Shown here: positions 56,594 through 64,000 of the stretch, piece after piece
Position numbering within the stretch: the stretch's first letter is position 1
Layout: every line of letters starts with the position of its first letter
DNA from: a virus
Length of the DNA: 64,000 nucleotides
Virus record (IMG/VR): IMGVR_UViG_3300047322_000252
Location: 32,001-96,000 of that record
Strand: one strand, 5' to 3'
Position numbers and translations under genes: made by a program
The notes under the pieces: model-generated
Told to the model about the DNA's origin: nothing
What the model saw: the letters and a program-made list of their open reading frames with translations, nothing else
Databases searched by the model: none

Positions 56594-58785
56594 TGCCGAG
56601 GTCCTTCGGCGTCACCAACGCAGCGCCCTACGCCAGCGCCCCAGCGGTGGGGGCGGCAGGTGACACGTACTTCAACACCACGAACAAGACGATGTACCTG
56701 TCGGACGGCACGTCGTGGATCGGGGTGTCGGCTGGTGCAGGTACAGGTGCGGCGTTTCTTTACGCCCAGGCCACCCAGGTTGGTACGTCGGGTGCGTCTG
56801 CGCTTCCCATCACCTGGGGCACTGTCCTCGGGCAGTCTGGGTTCTCGTCTGGTCCTGGTGCGCTCATCAAGCCGGATGCGGCTGGTCGGTATGAGATCAG
56901 TGCTCAGATCACGCTCGTTATGCAAAGTGCATTGACGGCTGACATTATTGCGAACCTGGAGTACTACTCTTCAACTGGCACTCTCGTATCGACTCGTCAG
57001 TTCTACGGAACCGGCGTATCCACCACCAACTACTACTCTCAGGTCAGCATCGGCGGCATCTATGACCTGGGTGTTGGTGAGTACTTCCGCATTACCGCCT
57101 ACCCCATAGGGGGTGGTACGTGGACCCTTCACGGTTCGTCGTTCGTTCAGGTCGTTGCCGCCAGCGGAGCGACGGGAGCCAAGGGTGACACCGGGGCTAT
57201 CGGTCCAGCGGGCACGCCCACGCCGGATGGCTTCGTTCGTGTGGCATCGCTGACGACTGCCTCCACCGTGGCCGTCCCAGCCACCACCGTGACAGAGGTT
57301 GTGCTTCCTGGGGTGTACCAGGCACAAGGCTCGACGTACACCAACAACGGACCTAGCACCCGGTTCACGGTCCCCAACTCGGGCGTCTACGACATCAGTG
57401 CCTACATCGCTGCGGGTGCAAGCGCATGGGTTGCTGGCTCTGTTGTCATTCTGCTTGTCAACGGGACTGCCGTCGCCCGCACGCTCACCGAGGTAGCAAC
57501 GGCATATGAGGGCCACACGATCTCGATTCAGCGTTATCTCAACGCTGGTGACTACGTGAGTCTGGCGCTCTATCTGCAAGGGGCGAACTCGTACCGTGTT
57601 GAGCCGCTCAATGCCAGTAACAACCTCGATCCAACTCCTCAGCCGTACCTCTCGGTGTGGCGAGCGGGAGCGGGCCTCCAGGGTGCGCAAGGTGTAGCTG
57701 GTACCTCAGGTAGTGCCGTGGCCGTGCCGCCGCCGTACTACTCGGCTCGCAAGAGCACGGCCACGAGCCACGTGCAGAACACGCCCACGCAGATCGTTCT
57801 CGACACGATCATCGACTCGAACACCGGGTCGGCTGACTTCTACATCAACAACGGTGGCATCTTCATCGTGGCGTCGGGGTACTACCAGATCGTCGGGCAG
57901 GTGATGGTGGCGAGCACAGCGAACAACGCCTCCATCTCCATCGATTATTGGACCGGATCTGCGTGGATGGTGGGCGCTCAGAACAACATGGTTGCGGCTC
58001 CGGCAGGAGCTACTCCACCGCAACAGGTTGTGTGGGAGACGTGGCTGGCAGCAGGTACCACGGTTGCTCTGTTCATCTACTCGACGTCGGCGGCACTGTC
58101 CTGGCCTGTCGCAACACAGACCGGGTTCATCCCGAACATCCCGTCGCTCTCCATCGTCAAGGCGGGCGGGGCCAAGGGTGACCCCGGTGCTGCTGGTGCT
58201 GCTGGTATCCAGGGGCCTGCTGGTACGACAACACAGGCTCTCGTAGCCCGGGGTGAGTGGACCGGCGCTGCTGCCTACAACCCCTTGGAGATCGTCACCA
58301 GGAACGGGGTGGCCTTCCTCGCCATGGCCTCGAACACCAACGTCGATCCCGGTTCGATTCCGTACGGCTCCTTCGCCGCCAGCAGTGATGCTCTGGTCGC
58401 CGCCATCGGCAAGCAACTCACCTGGACGCCGGTCTTCCGCCAGAGTGTGACGCTCCCGCTCACTGTCAACAACGCCTGGTACTCCAGGGTGGGTGAATGG
58501 GTTGTCGGTGAGGTTGGTGTCACTCTCACTGGCGCCGGTACAGCCGGGCAGCCACTCCAGATGGATCTTCCGGTTCCGATTCGTAACTATGCGGGTGGTG
58601 CTGCTGGTCAGAACATAGGTAACGCCGTCTTCATCGGTTCAGGAGGTAACCAGTACGGCGCCGTGATGGCGATCTCGGCTACCGCTGTGCAGCTTGCTGT
58701 TGGTGGTGTCTACTGGACCGCTCAGATGGTGAGTGGTGCCTGGATCACCTTCCCCTTCATGTACCTCGCCCCGGTAGGAGTGTGA
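56593..58785 (+). CDS. Fibre/receptor-binding protein with C1q-like domains and collagen linkers
   Basis: Three G.Y.I...L..GD modules separated by G.KGD.G. Confidence 0.7.
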   Translation: MPRSFGVTNAAPYASAPAVGAAGDTYFNTTNKTMYLSDGTSWIGVSAGAGTGAAFLYAQATQVGTSGASALPITWGTVLGQSGFSSGPGALIKPDAAGRYEISAQITLVMQSALTADIIANLEYYSSTGTLVSTRQFYGTGVSTTNYYSQVSIGGIYDLGVGEYFRITAYPIGGGTWTLHGSSFVQVVAASGATGAKGDTGAIGPAGTPTPDGFVRVASLTTASTVAVPATTVTEVVLPGVYQAQGSTYTNNGPSTRFTVPNSGVYDISAYIAAGASAWVAGSVVILLVNGTAVARTLTEVATAYEGHTISIQRYLNAGDYVSLALYLQGANSYRVEPLNASNNLDPTPQPYLSVWRAGAGLQGAQGVAGTSGSAVAVPPPYYSARKSTATSHVQNTPTQIVLDTIIDSNTGSADFYINNGGIFIVASGYYQIVGQVMVASTANNASISIDYWTGSAWMVGAQNNMVAAPAGATPPQQVVWETWLAAGTTVALFIYSTSAALSWPVATQTGFIPNIPSLSIVKAGGAKGDPGAAGAAGIQGPAGTTTQALVARGEWTGAAAYNPLEIVTRNGVAFLAMASNTNVDPGSIPYGSFAASSDALVAAIGKQLTWTPVFRQSVTLPLTVNNAWYSRVGEWVVGEVGVTLTGAGTAGQPLQMDLPVPIRNYAGGAAGQNIGNAVFIGSGGNQYGAVMAISATAVQLAVGGVYWTAQMVSGAWITFPFMYLAPVGV

Positions 58786-58786
58786 G

Positions 58787-59275
58787 ATGCCCTGGCCGTT
58801 GACACAACCATCATCGCTGTTGGCTACTGATGTCACAGCACAGACGACCAGGCACGCCGACGACCACAACAAGACCGCCGCTCTTCTGGCTGTGCTCACA
58901 CCGGGGCCGTGGATCAACGTGAATCCGGTTGGTGGCAATCTGCCTGCCTTCGCCACCGGCTGGTACAACTTCGGTGGTGGGTGGCAACTTGCCCGCATCC
59001 GTCGAGAGGGCGGTGACATATGTCGCATCGAGGGCTTCGTGGCTGGGGTACCCGGCTCCATCCTCACGGTGCCGATCGGCTACCGCCCGGCGCAGAACAT
59101 GCGGTGGGTCGGTGGGGCTGATACGTCGGCCGGGTCCCCTGCTGCGGCGTTCTGCCGTCTCGACATACTGAGCACCGGGGTCATGCAGATGAGCCTCTGG
59201 GCTGGCGGTGGGTCGGGCAACGTCGCAGCCATGTCCATCAACATGACGTACGCCATCGACCCCTCCCAGCTATGA
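58787..59275 (+). CDS. Minor tail/fibre tip-like protein
   Basis: P.GYRP...R.DI...G. Confidence 0.65.
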   Translation: MPWPLTQPSSLLATDVTAQTTRHADDHNKTAALLAVLTPGPWINVNPVGGNLPAFATGWYNFGGGWQLARIRREGGDICRIEGFVAGVPGSILTVPIGYRPAQNMRWVGGADTSAGSPAAAFCRLDILSTGVMQMSLWAGGGSGNVAAMSINMTYAIDPSQL

Positions 59276-62200
59276 GCTTCGATCCCTCTGGTATCCCGGG
59301 CCTCACGCTGTGGCTGGACGCCTCCCGTCTCGGGCTGGTCAACGGCGCTGACGTCGTCAACTGGCCCGACCTCTCGCCGTTCAACCAGCGCTGCAACTAC
59401 GAGTTCCAGCCGGGCACCAACACCCCTCCGGTGATGCGGACCGGAGTCAACGGCCTCAACGGACGTCCGGTGGTGCGGTACACCACCCTCCAGGGGCGGC
59501 ACATGTGGTGGGGCCTGCCGATCGACCGGGAGTACACGATCATCTACGTCGGGCGTGTGTGGGACGCCACCACGGCGAACATCGGTCGGGTCGTGGCGGG
59601 GGACGGCAATCAGGTCAACATCCTCTTCGGGTTCTGGGGCGGGAACGAGGACGCCCTCTTCGTAGGGGCGTGGCCTCTCGCTGACTTGAAGAAGGCGGCG
59701 ACCACCACCTGGAAGCTGTACTCCTTCGACGCCACTGCTGCGGCTAATCCCCGCATGTTCACCAACGGTGTCTTCCTGTACGGCAACACTGTTGCGACAA
59801 CAGGGGTGCTGAACACCCTGTGCATCTCGGGCTACAGCGCCAACAACACGGCTGAGTCATCCAACTGCGAGATGGCCGAACTCATGGTGTTCAGCCGCAA
59901 GCTGTCGAACCTGGAGCGCCAGCAGGTGGAGAGCTACCTGCGCTCCAAGTGGCTGAACGCCGCCCCGACTGTGCCGGTGGCCCTCCTCCAGGATGCCTTC
60001 GCCACTGGCATCGACCGGGTCACAACTTGGCCCGCCTCCACCGGGGCGCCGAACGTCTACTACGACACCCCCAACAAGCGGGTGGGTATTGTCACAACAC
60101 CGAGCTACTACTCGTTGAAGACCCCCACCACGCTCACGTACAACCTGCTCAACTCGGGTATTTACGCCAAATGCACGCCCAGTCCTGCGGTGGCGGGCCG
60201 GGAGTTCAACTTCTCCCTCCAGAACACGGACCGCTCGTTGCTCGTCAGCTTCACCGTGTACGACACCAACCTCATCGCCTGGACCAACCCCGAGCCTGGT
60301 GGGGTGGACTGGGGGACGGCTACCTACGATCCGGTGGCCCACCAGTGGCTGCGCATGCGTGCTGACAACACCAACATCTACTGGGACGTGTCGGCCGATG
60401 GTCTGGCGTGGCATCCCTTCGCCACCGCCCCGGTCCTGCCTGCGATAGCGACCATGGGGCGTAGCTGGGACTTCAACGGCTACTCGGGCAACCACGACCG
60501 CATAGGTGTGCAGAACCAGACGCTTACCGGCCTCGCTCCGATCAACCCCCCGGGGGGTGGCTCGTACGGGGTCGGGACGTTCTACATGAGCGACACCACC
60601 CCACCCTGGACTCCATGCGTTGCCCGGGTTGCCGACACCGGCCTCGGTGGGTTCGCTGCCACGCACGCCAATGTCACCGGCACACTGCGGCCGATGGCAC
60701 CAGGCTGGACGTCGCTCAGCTTCGCCACGCCTACCAGCACGGCTCCGCAATCTTGGACAGCCACTGATGGCACCAACACGGCGTGGCGCACGAACACTGC
60801 GATCACCACCCCGCAGCTTGTGTACGGCTACACCAACACCGATGCGAGCACTCCGAACTTCCCGGTCGGCAGCATCTTTGCGATCTTCGTCAATGGTGTG
60901 GAGGTGGCTCGCACCTACGTCACCGTGGCGACCAGCGTCTTGGAGGTGCGGACCGAGATCCCGTTCGCCATCAACGATGTGTTGTCACTACGTTACTACA
61001 ACCCCACTGGCAGCAACATCAACATGGTGGACAGCATCCAGGCTGGTCCGGGCACTCGTCGTCCGTACCTGCGGGTCACTGGTCGTATGGCTGAGACGGC
61101 TGGCGACTACTGGATCTGCCCCACCACCGGCACGTACAACCTGCACGCTGAGATCTGCAATGGAGCGTCCTTCGGGTTCGGTTACATGATCACGGTCAAC
61201 CGCAAACCGTTGGCAAGCGTCACCATCCCCTACATCATCAGCAACACCGTCGCTGACTACTCCGTCCAAACGATGGACGCCAACAGCGTGGCGTTGACGG
61301 CGGGCGACATGGTGGGCCTCGGTGCGTTGATGAGCGACTACAACTCGGGCTGGCTCAACCGTGTTGACGGTGCTGAGGGAACCGCCAAGCCGTACCTGCG
61401 TGCCACCCGAGTCGTTCCCTCGGCCATCATCTCGAACGATTCCTGGATGGTGAACTTCTCCCAGGGTGGCCCGGCTGGCTCGCCGGACGCCTTCGTGGAC
61501 CACGTCAACGTGCCTCCGGTGGACCAGTCATACTCCTACGGTGGCTATGGCGATGGCCCGTACGGCTCGCCGCCTCCGGTCTGGGAGCCGCTGCAAGGTC
61601 CGGCTGGTCCATCAGGTGACCCGGACCTCGGCTTGTACCGCCCCGTCTCGGGCCGTTTGACCTACCCAGCGAACTGGAGTGAGTACGGCCAACCGTTCGG
61701 CAACAGCAACGTGTACCGGGACCGACAGGGGGTGTGCCACCTCAACACTACGATCGCCGGTCCGGCCAGCTTCGCTGCTGGTTCGACCTGCTGCTACTTA
61801 CCGATCGGCTTCTTCCCTCTGAATAGAGTGATGCTGCCAGGCCTCATCGGCAACCCGCAGACAGGTTGTCGGATCGACGTCAACAACACTGACGGCAGCA
61901 TCCAGGTCAACTCCACTACTCCAGCGGGCGAGACTTTCGTTGCCCTTGATCTCGTGTGGTTCTCGGCGGTGCCGTACCTGGCCGTGCTCGATGGCCTCGT
62001 TGTCACATCGGTGGTCTTCCAGAGTGGGAGTAGCTACCTGGTGACGTACACAGCAGGGCACCTGGTGAACCTGGCCGGGGTTGTCACAGCAATACCAGCC
62101 GGGTCCGCCTCAGTGGTGGCGTCTGGCGTTACTTGGTTCTGCCTCATCATCACTGCGGCTGGAGGGGTAGGCCAGAGTTATGGGAACAACTCTGAGGCTT

Positions 62201-62322
62201 CGTCCTGCGTTGGCTACTACGCCAACAGCGGCAACCCAGCGAACGGAGCGCTCCTCGCTACGTTCTCGACGGGGGCGGGAGTGAGGCCGGTCAACGACCG
62301 GAGGTGGCTGCCCTATGTCTAA
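59272..62322 (+). CDS. Large multidomain lectin-like (LamG) fibre protein
   Basis: LWLDAS...W.D.S...E..VF.R.LS..E..VE.YL..KW; LP.GF.P module. Confidence 0.7.
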   Translation: MSFDPSGIPGLTLWLDASRLGLVNGADVVNWPDLSPFNQRCNYEFQPGTNTPPVMRTGVNGLNGRPVVRYTTLQGRHMWWGLPIDREYTIIYVGRVWDATTANIGRVVAGDGNQVNILFGFWGGNEDALFVGAWPLADLKKAATTTWKLYSFDATAAANPRMFTNGVFLYGNTVATTGVLNTLCISGYSANNTAESSNCEMAELMVFSRKLSNLERQQVESYLRSKWLNAAPTVPVALLQDAFATGIDRVTTWPASTGAPNVYYDTPNKRVGIVTTPSYYSLKTPTTLTYNLLNSGIYAKCTPSPAVAGREFNFSLQNTDRSLLVSFTVYDTNLIAWTNPEPGGVDWGTATYDPVAHQWLRMRADNTNIYWDVSADGLAWHPFATAPVLPAIATMGRSWDFNGYSGNHDRIGVQNQTLTGLAPINPPGGGSYGVGTFYMSDTTPPWTPCVARVADTGLGGFAATHANVTGTLRPMAPGWTSLSFATPTSTAPQSWTATDGTNTAWRTNTAITTPQLVYGYTNTDASTPNFPVGSIFAIFVNGVEVARTYVTVATSVLEVRTEIPFAINDVLSLRYYNPTGSNINMVDSIQAGPGTRRPYLRVTGRMAETAGDYWICPTTGTYNLHAEICNGASFGFGYMITVNRKPLASVTIPYIISNTVADYSVQTMDANSVALTAGDMVGLGALMSDYNSGWLNRVDGAEGTAKPYLRATRVVPSAIISNDSWMVNFSQGGPAGSPDAFVDHVNVPPVDQSYSYGGYGDGPYGSPPPVWEPLQGPAGPSGDPDLGLYRPVSGRLTYPANWSEYGQPFGNSNVYRDRQGVCHLNTTIAGPASFAAGSTCCYLPIGFFPLNRVMLPGLIGNPQTGCRIDVNNTDGSIQVNSTTPAGETFVALDLVWFSAVPYLAVLDGLVVTSVVFQSGSSYLVTYTAGHLVNLAGVVTAIPAGSASVVASGVTWFCLIITAAGGVGQSYGNNSEASSCVGYYANSGNPANGALLATFSTGAGVRPVNDRRWLPYV

Positions 62323-63202
62323 TCCTTGGACGCTGGTGACCGGCCCGGTCGGGGCGAAGGGTACGCCGCAGTCCGTTCCCAGCGTGCCGGTGCGGCGCTA
62401 CTGCTTCGACTTCCCCAGCACTGGTAACCCGGCTCATGGCGGGTTCCTCTTCGCCTACAACGTCAAGAACTACGTGACGCAGACCGGCGCCCCCCACCAG
62501 CGGCTTGTGGCGTATCGCACGGCGCAGGGGCAGGTCGTCCTCGAAGGCCTCATCTATGCGCTCACGCCGGACACCGGCATCCTCTTCTACTTGCCGTGGG
62601 ACATGCTTCCGTATCCTGAGACGCTTCGCCTGGTGTGTCTTCAGAACACCGGCAACCAGCAGGGCCGGTCCGACATCTACTACAACAGCACCTACGGCTG
62701 GGTCTACGAAGTGAACAGCACAGCGGTCACGTACCAGAACCAGTTCACGGCGGTGCATGCCATCTATCAGACCCACGTGCCTGTGATGTGGGTGGACTTC
62801 GGCATGAAGGTGAGCGCCCAGCAGGGACCGGGGTACACCACCATCTACACGGTGGGACCAGGGCAGATCAGCGGCTACTTGAAGGGCGCTCCGTTAACGG
62901 TTACGTTTCCGGCGGTGCAAACGGTTCAGTTGCCGTACACACCGTCCGGCTCCAACCTCACTGCCTGGCTCTACTACGACGCAGCGGCGGGGGCGTTCAA
63001 CCACCGTGTCGGCAACCAAGGCACGTTTGACGTCTACCCCACGCCGTGGATACAGATGGCCGACCGTGGTCAGGTTGTGTTGGCACAACACGTCATGAAC
63101 TACGCCGCTTCGTCGTACGATCCGACCTCGCTCATGGACCACCGCTGGCTTCTGCGTGGTCCGCTCGACGTCCCTTCCGGCACTCCCGGAGCCTTGATCT
63201 GA
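62315..63202 (+). CDS. Minor tail/fibre-like protein
   Basis: N-terminal W.L.TGP.G shared with neighbours. Confidence 0.6.
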   Translation: MSNPWTLVTGPVGAKGTPQSVPSVPVRRYCFDFPSTGNPAHGGFLFAYNVKNYVTQTGAPHQRLVAYRTAQGQVVLEGLIYALTPDTGILFYLPWDMLPYPETLRLVCLQNTGNQQGRSDIYYNSTYGWVYEVNSTAVTYQNQFTAVHAIYQTHVPVMWVDFGMKVSAQQGPGYTTIYTVGPGQISGYLKGAPLTVTFPAVQTVQLPYTPSGSNLTAWLYYDAAAGAFNHRVGNQGTFDVYPTPWIQMADRGQVVLAQHVMNYAASSYDPTSLMDHRWLLRGPLDVPSGTPGALI

Positions 63203-63621
63203 TGGCCGGGGAATGGGCACGGCTCACCGGGCCGAAGGGTGATCGGGCTACTCCGTACGTGGTCCACGCCATGCCAGTCATCCAGGTCCTCGTGCTCCTC
63301 ACGAACGGTGGTTCCCAACTCATCCAGTACGACACCTCCTGGACCGTGCCTCGTGTTGTTAGAACATGGGATAACATGTGTTTCATGGAGGGATTGATCC
63401 GTCGCACCGACAGTGCCACCATCGCTGGTGGGATCATCTGCAATCTTCCGGCTGGCTTCCGGCCCGAAGCCCGAACGCTGCTCAACAGTGTGGCGTCGGC
63501 CGATGGCATCAACTGCTTCGCCCGGGTCGATGTTGACCCCAACGGCGACGTGACCTACCAGGCGTCGATGGCTGCATCGGGCTGGATCTCCCCCGCAGGT
63601 CGCTGGTACGCCGTGCAGTAA
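63202..63621 (+). CDS. Minor tail/fibre tip-like protein
   Basis: W.RLTGPKG; LPAGFRP...RVDV..NG. Confidence 0.65.
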   Translation: MAGEWARLTGPKGDRATPYVVHAMPVIQVLVLLTNGGSQLIQYDTSWTVPRVVRTWDNMCFMEGLIRRTDSATIAGGIICNLPAGFRPEARTLLNSVASADGINCFARVDVDPNGDVTYQASMAASGWISPAGRWYAVQ

Positions 63622-63658
63622 CACGTCCGGCCTGGTCCCAGGGTCTACGCTCCCCCTC

Positions 63659-64000
63659 GTGCCGTCGTTCACCACCTTCCAGGGCCGTGAATACCCAGCT
63701 AGCGACGCCCCGTTTGATGTCACAAGAACCGGAGGGCCGCAGCCCTTCTTCCGTGACGACCTGGATGCACGGCGCAGCATGTGGCGCCAGACGCCCGAGG
63801 CGCAGTACCCGGACGGCTACCTCGGCACGCTGAACAGTCGGCGCTCCGACCGGCTGATGAACAACCTCATCGACCGGGCCAAGCAGCGGCCCTACACGAG
63901 GGGCATCCACAAGGGCGAGCGGGTCGAGCACCGGGACTACTTCTGGCCCGAGGAGTTCAACCCTTGGACGGGCCTCGAACTCCAGGCCATCGGTGAGAAG
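63659..64000 (+). CDS. Conserved phage hypothetical protein, truncated by window
   Basis: GTG after TACGCT; MPSFTT...EAQYPDGYLGT...RGIHKGER...YFWP. Confidence 0.7.
   Translation, partial: MPSFTTFQGREYPASDAPFDVTRTGGPQPFFRDDLDARRSMWRQTPEAQYPDGYLGTLNSRRSDRLMNNLIDRAKQRPYTRGIHKGERVEHRDYFWPEEFNPWTGLELQAIGEK

Larger units (their letters stand above)
186..63727. repeat. Dispersed 13-bp palindrome family A, consensus TGTTGTNACAACA
   Basis: Near-consensus copies at e.g. 21094, 26244, 30691, 41187, 55171, 59790, 60087, 63078, 63354; about 50 copies within 3 mismatches counted by eye. Confidence 0.85.
1..64000. mobile_element. Bacteriophage genome segment (contractile-tailed, probable actinobacterial host)
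   Basis: Continuous phage gene content (terminase, portal, capsid, sheath, tube, baseplate, PolA, RecA, DnaB); tightly overlapping start/stop codons; no host housekeeping operons. Confidence 0.97.

Noticed and set aside
53861-63621. Diversity-generating retroelement or invertible fibre cassette
   Set aside because: No reverse transcriptase, invertase or nucleotide-level TR/VR pair seen in the window
186-63727. Motif A as a known CRP, LexA or parS site
   Set aside because: Spacing and sequence differ from TGTGA-N6-TCACA, CGAAC-N4-GTTCG and GTTTCACGTGAAAC

Overview
The whole window is a GC-rich, tailed dsDNA phage genome segment with a contractile tail (myovirus). The host is probably actinobacterial, and a surface-protein moron hints at Acidimicrobiia. 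Gene order: terminase, portal, scaffold, N4-gp56-type capsid, neck, sheath, tube, tape measure and baseplate (0.2-31 kb); a small leftward operon and a structured intergenic control region (32.4-34.6 kb); replication and recombination genes (DnaC-like, DnaB, primase, SNF2, SSB, PolA, RecA, Cas4-like, resolvases; 34.6-53.8 kb), interrupted by a secreted PQQ-sugar-dehydrogenase-like gene; then a second virion module with a Gp5-like spike and fibre/lectin paralogs (53.9-63.6 kb). I found no integrase, tRNA, CRISPR array or clear endolysin. The most striking unexplained signal is two 13-bp motif families written across the genome, mostly inside coding sequence and often at the cost of rare codons. 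Motif A is a palindrome, TGTTGTNACAACA (about 50 degenerate copies). Motif B is asymmetric, CATTGACAYTGAC (9 exact plus 4 near copies). Other notable signals are apparent restriction-site avoidance, a shared basic RR-phi-phi-RR terminal peptide on replication proteins, an Acb1-like 2H phosphoesterase and a glycosylase-like gene in the head module. All protein calls come from motif recognition by eye, not database searches.
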